Positions 40,516-49,169 of a DNA stretch of 64,000 nt are shown in pieces. Origin of the DNA: a virus; IMG/VR virus record IMGVR_UViG_3300025785_000013, positions 19,478 through 83,477 of that record. The stretch is one strand, 5' to 3'. Position 1 is the first letter of the stretch; every line of letters begins with the position of its first letter. Made by a program: the position numbers and the translations under genes. Below the pieces are notes generated by a model. That model did no database searches, was not told where the DNA came from, and was given only the letters and a program-made list of their open reading frames with translations.

Positions 40516-40721
40516 CGTGCTACCTCAGTTTCTGTCTCAATGCCTTGAAAGGCAAGTTCGGCCATTGCTTCCTTGTCACTCCACACTTGGAAGTGGTGTT
40601 CGTTGGCCTGCTCAAACGAGGCCACGATTCCGGCTGCGATAATGTCAGCCTTGATGAGGTCACCCTTGGCGATTGCCTCACGGATGTTGTGTGCTGCTTC
40701 GATTACCTGAAGTTCCGTCAT
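40512..40721 (-). CDS. hypothetical protein (MTELQVIEAAH...)
   Basis: ATG at 40721 coupled to upstream stop; AAAGGA RBS. Confidence 0.7.
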   Translation of the reverse strand: MTELQVIEAAHNIREAIAKGDLIKADIIAAGIVASFEQANEHHFQVWSDKEAMAELAFQGIETETEVAR

Positions 40722-40879
40722 CAGATGTTCCTTTCTTCCCAAGCGTTGACTGCCATTTCCTCAGCCAACCACTCTGCGTCTTCGTCGGTCATCGCTGCGA
40801 ACAATGCTGCTTCGGCTGCGAATTCCGCTTCGACCTGCTCCTTGATTTCCTGCATCTCTGCTGCTGTGAGTTGTTCCAT
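40721..40879 (-). CDS. small highly acidic protein (52 aa, MEQLTAAEMQEIKEQ...)
   Basis: Own translation; leaderless ATG after promoter. Confidence 0.7.
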   Translation of the reverse strand: MEQLTAAEMQEIKEQVEAEFAAEAALFAAMTDEDAEWLAEEMAVNAWEERNI

Positions 40880-40885
40880 AACCTA

Positions 40886-40914
40886 AGTCTGCCTGAGGGT
40901 TGTCACAAAGTCAA
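40886..40914 (-). promoter_or_regulatory. promoter with leaderless start
   Basis: TTGACT-17 nt (TTGTGACA...)-CAGACT, then 6 nt to ATG. Confidence 0.7.
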
Positions 40915-41324
40915 GACCTAATCGGAATTTTTTTAAACTTGTTCCAACGCTCTGGGCGAGCCGGGTCTAGAACAACGCCGCGCTTGGCGTTCTTGCTATC
41001 AGCACCAGCCCGACGGCACGGAGCGCAAATGCACTTGGCTTTGTGTCCCGTGGTCGTGCCGTGTCGCTCGTCGTTGACGGTGAGCCTGCATCGTGTGTTG
41101 CCACACTTGCATCGTTCACCACTGCGCTCGTGCTTCAAGGGGTCGCCCCCGTGTGCGTCACGGCGAGCGTTGTAGTCGCGGAGGTAAAGCCGGTTGGCTT
41201 CCAAGCACGGCTCACAGCGACAGCCGTTGACCGTGTACCCAGAACGCTTGCCGTGTAAGGGTGAGAACACACTCAGTCCACACCGCTTACCCCGGCAAGC
41301 GCACTTGATGAATGGCACCAGCAT
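40911..41324 (-). CDS. Cys/His-rich protein with two HG...CxCxxC zinc-binding repeats
   Basis: HGKRSGY..GCRCEPC and HGTTTGH..KCICAPC. Confidence 0.7.
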   Translation of the reverse strand: MLVPFIKCACRGKRCGLSVFSPLHGKRSGYTVNGCRCEPCLEANRLYLRDYNARRDAHGGDPLKHERSGERCKCGNTRCRLTVNDERHGTTTGHKAKCICAPCRRAGADSKNAKRGVVLDPARPERWNKFKKIPIRS

Positions 41325-41611
41325 TACGCCCGAACCATCTCGCTCCGCGTCCTGCGACGCTTCGCTGCCGTTGGCTTCACCACGCGGCCTGCTGCGAACG
41401 TGCGGTACGAGGCGTGGCCTCGGTCACCACCGTGAACGGTCACTTCGACAACTTCACCGTCACGCTCGTGAGCGTACATAAAGCGAAACTCACAACCGTG
41501 AGTACCAGTGACGTGAACGAGTTCGCCTTTCTCAAAGCCGTTCCATTCCGTCACCTCTGTCCACTGCCGGTCATACTGCACCGGTGCGTCAGAAGAATTG
41601 CGTCGAATCAT
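41324..41611 (-). CDS. small beta-rich protein, paralog of 19418..19690
   Basis: Shared motif; GGGAG RBS. Confidence 0.75.
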   Translation of the reverse strand: MIRRNSSDAPVQYDRQWTEVTEWNGFEKGELVHVTGTHGCEFRFMYAHERDGEVVEVTVHGGDRGHASYRTFAAGRVVKPTAAKRRRTRSEMVRA

Positions 41612-41681
41612 CTTCGCTCCCTGTTTCGGTTGTCAATGAACTGTGCCGGGTTTGCGCCCCACCCGGCAAGGGCCTACCTGA

Positions 41682-41781
41682 AGTATACACTAATCCTAAC
41701 TAAAGTCAAGGGGCAATTTCTCCAGTCACCAAAAAATATTTTCAAATTGGGTCTTGACTTTTCCAAAACCTCAGGCATACT
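41682..41781. promoter_or_regulatory. divergent promoter pair around AT-rich core
   Basis: Minus: TTGACT-16-TATACT (41709..41682); plus: TTGACT-16-CATACT (41754..41781). Confidence 0.65.
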
Positions 41782-41845
41782 AAAGGTGCAGTACACGCTG
41801 GCTCGCCAGCACGTTCATTGACAACCTACCCAAGGGAGCAAGCAA

Positions 41846-42214
41846 ATGGCCAACGCCATTCGCAGTACCCGTCAGGCTGCTACGGCAGCACCGTACGACA
41901 CGGCAGAGTTCGTGTTGCCAGAGGAAATCTGGGCGTTCTACAAGGGAGCCGGGCTGCTGGAGTACCCAGTCAGCGAATCGGACAACTTCGATGGAACGTT
42001 CACCGTCACCTTGAACGGCATAGATGCCGGGAAGATGTTGGTGGAGACAGATGCCATCCGATACCGAGAGGCGTTCTGGCTCGATGTCCCCGAAGGCTTG
42101 GAGCGACAGGCCGGAGAGACGTTTGAGATGCTGATGGCCAACGGTGTGAGCGATGCCCACGTCTTGATGTACCAAGACGATGTTGAGCGTCGCTTCCCCC
42201 GGCAGCCTGAGTAG
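41846..42214 (+). CDS. acidic hypothetical protein
   Basis: AAGGGAG RBS; first gene after rightward promoter. Confidence 0.75.
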   Translation: MANAIRSTRQAATAAPYDTAEFVLPEEIWAFYKGAGLLEYPVSESDNFDGTFTVTLNGIDAGKMLVETDAIRYREAFWLDVPEGLERQAGETFEMLMANGVSDAHVLMYQDDVERRFPRQPE

Positions 42215-42232
42215 ACGGGCGAAGCAGGGCAA

Positions 42233-42263
42233 CGCTACCCCACCCCCAGCAGGGTGGGGTAGT
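42233..42263 (+). terminator. hairpin
   Basis: CTACCCCACCC...GGGTGGGGTAG. Confidence 0.55.
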
Positions 42264-42366
42264 AGCCCATCGCTACTTGACACGGGTTGAGTAAATCTGT
42301 GGTAGAATCAACGCACCGATACCAATACCAGTGCCGCGTGCATTGACTACAGAAAGGCAGGGAACC

Positions 42367-43299
42367 GTGAGTTCACTGTTCACCAAAGCGACCAAGGCTG
42401 AGGCTAAGGCTCGCATCGCAGTTACCGGGCCATCGGGTTCGGGCAAGACCTACTCGTCGCTTCTTTGGGCAGAGGTTCTTGCAGACGGTGGGAAGATTGC
42501 CGTCATTGACACCGAGCGTGATTCAGCAAAGTTGTACGCTGACCGCTTCGACTTCGACGCTCTTTCGATGAGCGCGCCCTACCACCCAGACCGTCTCATT
42601 GAGGCGTTGAAGGTTGCCGAGAACGAAGGCTACGCGGTTGTCGTGATTGACAGCCTCACGCACTTTTGGAACGGCCAAGGTGGAATCTTGGAAATCGTTG
42701 ACCAAGCCGGTGCAGCAGCCAAGGGCAACAACTTCGCCGGTTGGAAGGTAGCGACCCCTATCCAGCAACGGATGGTGGATGCCATCCTCGCGTTCGACGG
42801 ACACATCATCACCACGATGCGCTCCAAGACCGAGTACTCACTGGAGAAGAACGAGTACGGCAAAATCAGCCCGAAGAAGGTTGGCCTCGCTCCGCAGCAG
42901 CGTGACGGAATCGAATACGAGTACACGCTGGTGCTGGAAATGGACACCGACCACCGAACCATCGTGGGCAAGACCCGATGCGAGGTGCTGGCCGACCAAG
43001 TGTTCAACGCTGGCAAGGCCAAGGAGGGTGCCGAGACGTTCCTGTCGTGGCTCCGAGCCGGTGACCCCATCGTGGACAGCAACGAGCGTGACCTGCTGGA
43101 TGGGCGCATCCGTGCGCTCTCCCCGGAAAGCCGTCGCACCCTGAAGGCCGTGTGGTCAGACAAGGGACTGCCCAAGGTGGCAGCGATGCCCAAGTCCCGC
43201 TTCGATGAGGCGATGGACTTGGTGAACGACGTGGCCGAGGCAGCAATCGAACTGGCCGCGCTGACGAGCGAAGCGTCTTCCGAGGAAGACGAGGGCTAG
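42367..43299 (+). CDS. AAA ATPase (AAA_24/Sak4-like recombination protein)
   Basis: GPSGSGKT Walker A, IDTE, VVIDSLTH, MRSK, QRDGIEYE, KTRC. Confidence 0.88.
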   Translation: MSSLFTKATKAEAKARIAVTGPSGSGKTYSSLLWAEVLADGGKIAVIDTERDSAKLYADRFDFDALSMSAPYHPDRLIEALKVAENEGYAVVVIDSLTHFWNGQGGILEIVDQAGAAAKGNNFAGWKVATPIQQRMVDAILAFDGHIITTMRSKTEYSLEKNEYGKISPKKVGLAPQQRDGIEYEYTLVLEMDTDHRTIVGKTRCEVLADQVFNAGKAKEGAETFLSWLRAGDPIVDSNERDLLDGRIRALSPESRRTLKAVWSDKGLPKVAAMPKSRFDEAMDLVNDVAEAAIELAALTSEASSEEDEG

Positions 43300-43467
43300 C
43301 CGTAGCCCTGTAGGGCTTCACCAGACCCGGCTAATTTGCCCCGTGTGGCGTTCAAAGTGTCGGGGGGTAGGAATTCCTGTCCCCGGCACCGAGAACGCTC
43401 ACGGGGCTTCTCTGCACAGAGCGCAAAAAGACGGTATGTTCTTCGCCCCACCCGATTGGAGAACCAA

Positions 43468-44250
43468 ATGATTCGTCGGACAGCCAACCCCACCGAGAAC
43501 TTCACCATCGTGACCAACGCGGCTATCTGTGATGCCGACCTGAGTTGGTCAGCCCGCGGCCTGCTCATCTACCTGCTCTCCAAGCCAGCGCACTGGTCAG
43601 TCCACGCTCGCCAACTGGCGAAAGAAAGTCCCAACGCCAAGAGGGACAAGATTTACAACCTGCTTGCCGAACTGAAATCTGCTGGGTACGTCAAGACAAC
43701 GCAGGTGCGCCAAGAGGATGGCACCCTTGGTGAATTCGACTACGAGGTCTACGACATCCCCTTTGGTTGGGAAAATGACTTGACCGGTTCCGGGTTTACC
43801 GGATACGGAGAAACCGGTAACCGGTATTTCCGACAAGAAGAAAGGATATATAGAGAGAAAGAACTGAAGATAGAAAAAGATATTGTTCATTCCAGTGAAA
43901 TCCTTGAAAAATCAAGGAAAAAGCGGGAACGGCACCCCTACAGCCCAGAGTTTTTAGCAATCTGGCTCGTCTACCCGCGAAAAACAAACAAAACCACTGC
44001 TGGCAAGCAGTACGAAGCACGAATTCGCGAGGGGATTTCACCGAGCGAACTCTTGACCGCAGCCGAAAACTACGCGCTCCTTCGCCGCAACGCTGACCCG
44101 CAGTTCACGATGATGCTTTCCACCTTCCTTGGGCCGAACGAGCGTTGGCGGGATTACCTTCCGGGTGGCGCGGGATTGGCCGAGGGGCGACCCGGCAGTG
44201 GTGGAACCATCAACATCCTGCAACGATTCTTGGACGGAGAAGACCATTGA
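43468..44250 (+). CDS. replication initiator-like HTH protein
   Basis: NFTIVTN....DLSWSARGLLIYLLSKP..W...ELKSAGYV; C-terminal FLAIWLVYPRK...STFLGP. Confidence 0.8.
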   Translation: MIRRTANPTENFTIVTNAAICDADLSWSARGLLIYLLSKPAHWSVHARQLAKESPNAKRDKIYNLLAELKSAGYVKTTQVRQEDGTLGEFDYEVYDIPFGWENDLTGSGFTGYGETGNRYFRQEERIYREKELKIEKDIVHSSEILEKSRKKRERHPYSPEFLAIWLVYPRKTNKTTAGKQYEARIREGISPSELLTAAENYALLRRNADPQFTMMLSTFLGPNERWRDYLPGGAGLAEGRPGSGGTINILQRFLDGEDH

Positions 44251-44744
44251 CGAAACTAGAACTCGCCCAAGTGCTGGCCGTGCTTTCAGCAGCGTACCCA
44301 AAGTGGCAAATCACAGAAGAACTCCCAAAGGTGTACTACGAACTCCTTGGGGACATTGACGGTGAAATCGTGCAGCGAGCCACGAAGCAGTGGGCGATGA
44401 CCGAGAAGTGGCCCCCGACCATTGCCGAACTCCGTTCGACGTGCGCTGAAATCTGCGGGATGCTGGCCCCAAGCCCGGAGATGGCGTGGGCTGAAGTCGC
44501 AGATGCGATTCGGACAAAAAATTGCAACTGGTCGCACCCGGCCATTGCGAGCGCAGTGAAAACCGTTGGGTGGTGGGACATCTGCCACAACGAGAACGTG
44601 ACAGCGACACGAGCGCAGTTCTTCAAGATTTACGGCGAGTATCAGCAGCAGGGCGACAAGAAAGTGGTACTCTCCACAGGCTTGTCTTCCGGCATCGCAC
44701 AACTTTCCACTAACGAGCGAGCAGAACTAGCAACTGGCACTTGA
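44247..44744 (+). CDS. helicase loader/inhibitor (G39P-like) protein
   Basis: LSAAYP...ELLGDI...KWPPTIAELR...AWAEV...RAQFFKIY; follows initiator. Confidence 0.72.
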   Translation: MTKLELAQVLAVLSAAYPKWQITEELPKVYYELLGDIDGEIVQRATKQWAMTEKWPPTIAELRSTCAEICGMLAPSPEMAWAEVADAIRTKNCNWSHPAIASAVKTVGWWDICHNENVTATRAQFFKIYGEYQQQGDKKVVLSTGLSSGIAQLSTNERAELATGT

Positions 44745-44769
44745 CACTGATGCTCAACCCTTGTATCGT
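44741..44769 (+). promoter_or_regulatory. promoter
   Basis: TTGACA-17 nt-TATCGT. Confidence 0.6.
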
Positions 44770-44809
44770 GTCCTTTTGCAACGCCTAACGGCCAAACCAA
44801 GGAGCAGCA

Positions 44810-45400
44810 ATGACCAGCCAAGACCAAAACCCATCCCCGAACGAATCCCCAACCGGAGCGTTCACCTACATCCCTGCGCCCCCTGCGAAGAAGTCGAACA
44901 ACACCATCAAGATTGTCGGCATCGTGGCAGCAGTCATCGTGATTCTCGCCATCATCGGCGCAGCATCCGGTGGTGGAAAGTCCAACAACGGTGGGAGCAG
45001 CAGTTCTAACTCCAACAGTGGAGCGACCAGCAACACGCAGTCCTACTCGTCGTGGAAGGCTGGCTTCTCCCCGGTGTGGAGCCAAGTGCAGGCCGACTGG
45101 AACAGCACCTCAACCGCCCTCGGCAACAACGACCAACTGACCGCTTCCAACGGTTTCTCGTCGCTCGGACAGGATGCAGCGCAGATTGCTCAGTACGAGA
45201 ACTCGCCTGACCCCACGCTCAACGCCGACATTCAAACCTTGTCGGATGACCTGCAAACCGTCGCAGCCGATGGTGAAACTGCTTTGAGCAGCAACAGCAG
45301 TTCCGACTTCAATACCTTCGGGAACGACTGCACGACCTTCAAGGCTGACGAAGCGACGGTGGCGAACCAAATCACCACCGACAACAGTTCGCTCGCTTGA
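44810..45400 (+). CDS. single-pass membrane protein with extracytoplasmic helical domain
   Basis: KK then IVGIVAAVIVILAIIGAA TM, Ser/Asn linker; AAGGAG RBS. Confidence 0.8.
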   Translation: MTSQDQNPSPNESPTGAFTYIPAPPAKKSNNTIKIVGIVAAVIVILAIIGAASGGGKSNNGGSSSSNSNSGATSNTQSYSSWKAGFSPVWSQVQADWNSTSTALGNNDQLTASNGFSSLGQDAAQIAQYENSPDPTLNADIQTLSDDLQTVAADGETALSSNSSSDFNTFGNDCTTFKADEATVANQITTDNSSLA

Positions 45401-45509
45401 CGTGTTCAACTAGAACGCCTACCCAAATGGGTAGGAATAGTCGGGGCGAGGTGGTCACTTCGCCGTCTCCCCCTCGCCCTGACGCTCCCTTTCACCATAG
45501 AGGACAACA

Positions 45510-45704
45510 ATGACTGATTGGACGCAAGTAGAAACCGACCACCCAGTTTGGATTGAAGGTGAAACCAAGGGCAAGTTCTTCTTCCGTGCCGTCGAAAAGG
45601 ATGGCCGACTGCGAATCACTGGTGGAAACAACATTTTCCGCACCCGGAGCGTTGACCCTGCGCTCGTCACCTTGCGCACGAGCCACCTGCGCCCCAAGAA
45701 GTGA
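45510..45704 (+). CDS. small beta-rich protein
   Basis: GAGGA RBS; weak resemblance to 19418/41324 family. Confidence 0.65.
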   Translation: MTDWTQVETDHPVWIEGETKGKFFFRAVEKDGRLRITGGNNIFRTRSVDPALVTLRTSHLRPKK

Positions 45705-46201
45705 GCGACAAGAAGCGTTGCCGTAAGTGCAACGAGTGGAAGCCCCTGAGCGACTTCACGGAGCGCAGAGACAGGCCGGGAGCCTATTCACCAGCCTGTA
45801 GAGCCTGCGACGGAGCCAAGAAGCGCAGCCAAGCAAATCGGTGGCAGGCAACCCAGCGAGAATCAGCAGTCAAGGCTTCCAAAGTGATGAAGCGCACACC
45901 ACTGAAGCCAGTGAGCGACCATCGCCGTGAGGTCAACGTCGAACGCAAGAAGCGAATGGTGGAAAAGTTTGGCGACCCCCGGACTTGGGAGTGTCGGTTC
46001 TTTGAGTACGCTCCACCGAACGCTGGACTTCCAAAATGCTTCGGTGAAATCCACGGCCACGAACTTCTGAGCCGGGCCAAGGCAGGGCGCACCGACGAGA
46101 ACATCTTGAATATGGAGAACGTCATCACCTTGTGTGACTTCCACAACGGATGGGTCGAAGACAACCCCTTGCTCGCCAAGCAGTACGGCCTAAAACTTTA
46201 G
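45701..46201 (+). CDS. HNH-like nuclease with N-terminal zinc finger
   Basis: KRCRKC..WKPLSDF...CRAC; C...HGHE...R...N...LCDFHN. Confidence 0.7.
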   Translation: MSDKKRCRKCNEWKPLSDFTERRDRPGAYSPACRACDGAKKRSQANRWQATQRESAVKASKVMKRTPLKPVSDHRREVNVERKKRMVEKFGDPRTWECRFFEYAPPNAGLPKCFGEIHGHELLSRAKAGRTDENILNMENVITLCDFHNGWVEDNPLLAKQYGLKL

Positions 46202-46237
46202 GCTTCCAACATCACCAAAAAAAGTTTTGGAAATGAC

Positions 46238-46266
46238 TTGACTTTGTGACACCGGTACTGTACACT
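46238..46266 (+). promoter_or_regulatory. promoter of candidate ncRNA
   Basis: TTGACT-17 nt (TTGTGACA...)-TACACT. Confidence 0.8.
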
Positions 46267-46272
46267 GGTTTA

Positions 46273-46765
46273 TGTAGGGCGAAGTTGGTTCTACGGAGTT
46301 CCTTGAAAACCGATTTGTAGTTTCTAGGGGGTGTGCGGTAGGCCTTGTTGCTTCGGCTAGCACAAACCCAACGTTTGCTTACTCGCACCTCGCCTAGAGA
46401 TTACAAGTCACCATTCGATGGGTGTGGAGAACCACTTTGGGCAACGGGCTTCTAAGGCACCGTTGTGAGGTGGGGCTACCGCTTAGAACGGGAAATCCCA
46501 ATTTGAGTTCTACGCCAAAGAGTGACGAGCGCGAGCAGGCTGGCAGGCTGGGCTTACCCTTCCACTTGGACGCGTGTGGGCGAGCAGGGTGGTTCTGCCA
46601 GACTTATCGAATGAAACCGAGAACTGCGGTGCCATTATCCGGTGCTGTCATACGGGGCGAACCAGCAACATCGGGGAGAACTAAGCAGGCAGACTAAACC
46701 TTCGGGGCTGGGTAGTGAGAGCAGTAAAGCGACGAGCCTCACCTTTGGGTGGGGCTTTCGCCATT
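46273..46765 (+). ncRNA. candidate large structured ncRNA (~490 nt)
   Basis: Between consensus promoter and terminator-like hairpin (46735-46756); long G-U-containing stems; no credible ORF. Confidence 0.65.
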
Positions 46766-46792
46766 TTCCAAACTCGGCTGTAGCATTTTGGT

Positions 46793-47353
46793 GTGACTTC
46801 CATTCCCTGCTCCATCAACCTGCATCCCAGTGAAATCCGAGTGGGGGACACGGGCTACGCCAAGACCAACGGGCAAGTAGGTCGGCTCATCCGCATTGGC
46901 GAGCGCATCAAGTTCCACCACACCACCTACAACCACGTCTTTACGGTGGTCAAGGCTGGCGACACCTACGACAGCATCCTCGTTGTCCAAGCCACTCCAG
47001 TCCACGGCATCATCCTGTCCCGGTTCAGTGAAATCTCCGATGCTGCCGAACTGGTCACGGTGCTGCACCCACCTGTCAACTGCGACCCGACCAAGGTGGC
47101 CGAGTTTGCCAACGACCAACTGGGTGACCCCTATGGCTTGCTCACCATCGCTTGCATTGCGATTGACGTGCTGACCCCTGAGTGGTTTGTGGCGTTCCGT
47201 CGCCCCGGCTCGTGGATTTGTTCAGCACTCGGTGGCGAGGCACTGCGCTTCGGTGGCTTCTACATTGACTTGGGAGATATCTACACCGTCACGCCACAAC
47301 AGTTGTTCGATGCCCATTCAGCAGCACTTGAAAATGTCACACCCCTAAGGTAG
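46793..47353 (+). CDS. permuted papain-like (NlpC/P60, YaeF/YiiX-like) hydrolase
   Basis: GD...YNHV...LGDPYG...WICSAL...VTPQQL (His before Cys). Confidence 0.78.
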   Translation: MTSIPCSINLHPSEIRVGDTGYAKTNGQVGRLIRIGERIKFHHTTYNHVFTVVKAGDTYDSILVVQATPVHGIILSRFSEISDAAELVTVLHPPVNCDPTKVAEFANDQLGDPYGLLTIACIAIDVLTPEWFVAFRRPGSWICSALGGEALRFGGFYIDLGDIYTVTPQQLFDAHSAALENVTPLR

Positions 47354-47362
47354 GATTAGATT

Positions 47363-47986
47363 ATGAACACCAACCCATTCCATCCCGACAACCTTGACCC
47401 CATTGGTAAGGCGTTTACCGCTATCAAGAAGGGCGACCTGCCCGGCCACGAATTTCACGGAAACCAGTGGACAAAGGAAGAGACGGGCGGTACAGCCCCT
47501 AAGCCACTCAACCCCTATTTCCCCAATCTTCCCGACTTTCACGTAGAGCCGGGGAGAAACGGTTCCACCTTCCTCGTGAGGCGAGGGGGAGCAGAAGATG
47601 GCCTTCCCTTCTGGATTAGCAACGGTGAAATCGAAGTTGAACACAACGGAGAGATAAGTTTTCACGCTCAAGGCTCGGACGATGGCAACCACATTGACAC
47701 CACGCTGCGTGCGTCGCCCCAAAAGGTGTTGACGTACACCGATGACTTGAGTACGGACAGAAGGGATTTTCCCGGTCTGAGTTTCTCCACCACTGGCAAA
47801 GAAGAAGCAGATGGAACGCCACACTCCTTGAGTGACCCTATCTACGAGTTGGGAACCGGCAAGCAGGTAGGAACCTACAAGGATGCTGTCGCTAATCTTT
47901 TCGCCGCCAACGGCACTGGCTCGGACCTTGATGCCGACATTGCGAACGGTCATCAAGAGCCCGACTGGTCCTACTACGGCGACTGA
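47363..47986 (+). CDS. GHxFxGNQ-tag protein, acidic cargo of unknown function
   Basis: MNTNPFHPDNL...IKKGDLPGHEFHGNQW; leaderless after TAGGAT. Confidence 0.8.
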   Translation: MNTNPFHPDNLDPIGKAFTAIKKGDLPGHEFHGNQWTKEETGGTAPKPLNPYFPNLPDFHVEPGRNGSTFLVRRGGAEDGLPFWISNGEIEVEHNGEISFHAQGSDDGNHIDTTLRASPQKVLTYTDDLSTDRRDFPGLSFSTTGKEEADGTPHSLSDPIYELGTGKQVGTYKDAVANLFAANGTGSDLDADIANGHQEPDWSYYGD

Positions 47987-47997
47987 GTATCGAAGTA

Positions 47998-48189
47998 ATG
48001 GCTGGGCGCAAGAAGGCCACCCCAACCCCGGTTGGAAATCACGCAATCACCATCGAAGCCACCAAGAGCCAGATGATGAACCGTGAGTTGTTCCAGCCGT
48101 TCTGCACTTGTGGCTGGACAACCCCGAAGTGGGGAAGTTACGGGCAAGCGTTTGTGGCAGGTGGAAAGCACACAGCCGAACAGAACTGA
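47998..48189 (+). CDS. small zinc-binding protein (H...CTCGW...H)
   Basis: ORF track; motif. Confidence 0.65.
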   Translation: MAGRKKATPTPVGNHAITIEATKSQMMNRELFQPFCTCGWTTPKWGSYGQAFVAGGKHTAEQN

Positions 48190-48308
48190 GTGCGCCGTCG
48201 AAAACGACGGACACCGTAGTAGGTATGACCATTACTACGATTTGTGCCATCATCAACACCATCCTCGGCCTCGCGGTCTTCCATCGCAACCGGAAGTAGG
48301 CTTGTCCT

Positions 48309-48806
48309 ATGACGGTAATCTGCGGTTGGAGTGATGGTGAAAACGCAGTCATCGGCGGCGATTCAGGAGCCTTTGACGAAGGCTCGGCAATCACTACGAC
48401 TAACCAGAAGGTTTGGAAGTCAGTAGAACACCACACGCTCGTCGGAGTGTCCGGCTCGTTTCGCATTATGGAACTCGTTCACCAAAGCGGTCTGGGCGAA
48501 CCTCGGCAACTCCGGGACTACCTCATCACTCAAAGCGAGAAGTCGGGCTTCCCAATATCACCAGACTGGGGCGTACTCGTCGTTGGATTGGAAGGGGTCT
48601 GGGAAATCGGCTCGGACTTCTCTTTAGTGAAATCCTCGGAACGCTACAACGCCATCGGTTCCGGCGGTCTTGCTGCTCTCGCAGCCCTGCACGTTTTGGA
48701 AACAATGGATGACCTATCACCACAGAGCCGCATAAAGTTGTCCCTGTCGGCAGCGATGTACCACACCACCTACGTTCGCAAACCGTTTAAGGTCATTGCA
48801 TTATGA
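48309..48806 (+). CDS. Ntn-hydrolase, HslV/proteasome-beta-like peptidase
   Basis: N-terminal MT, GGDS, K, GVSGS, AIGSGG..ALAAL. Confidence 0.8.
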   Translation: MTVICGWSDGENAVIGGDSGAFDEGSAITTTNQKVWKSVEHHTLVGVSGSFRIMELVHQSGLGEPRQLRDYLITQSEKSGFPISPDWGVLVVGLEGVWEIGSDFSLVKSSERYNAIGSGGLAALAALHVLETMDDLSPQSRIKLSLSAAMYHTTYVRKPFKVIAL

Positions 48807-49162
48807 GTTGGACGCTGGAATACCCTGAACGCCCTTGGACGCTCAACAAGGAACGAACGCTCCACCATATGCAGCGAGCCAAGTTGGTGAAAGAGTGGCG
48901 ACAGGCCTTTTGCGAACTGGCCCAAGAATTTATGGTTCCACATTTGGAACAAATAGAAGTGGTGGCCCAGCCCTACGTTTTGAACGCTCGGTACCGGCAG
49001 GATGTTGGCAACTGTTTTCCAGCAGTGAAGGCAGCCGTTGACGGCCTCGTTGATGCCGGAGTTTTGCTGGATGACAACGCAAACGTGGTACTGAAATTGA
49101 CGTTTCTGGTGCCGAAGTTCGGCAAGGATGCTTTAGAAATAACAATTTCCGAAGTATCATAG
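48803..49162 (+). CDS. rusA: RusA-like Holliday junction resolvase
   Basis: DVGNCFPAVKAAVDGLVDAGVLLDDN. Confidence 0.8.
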   Translation: MSWTLEYPERPWTLNKERTLHHMQRAKLVKEWRQAFCELAQEFMVPHLEQIEVVAQPYVLNARYRQDVGNCFPAVKAAVDGLVDAGVLLDDNANVVLKLTFLVPKFGKDALEITISEVS

Positions 49163-49169
49163 GGAGGCT

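Noticed and set aside
46273-46765. tRNA, tmRNA or RNase P identity
   Set aside because: No T-arm/CCA end or RNase P P4 consensus recognised by eye
46422-46833. ORFs 46422..46697 and 46642..46833
   Set aside because: No RBS or leaderless context and atypical composition; the region is better explained as structured RNA
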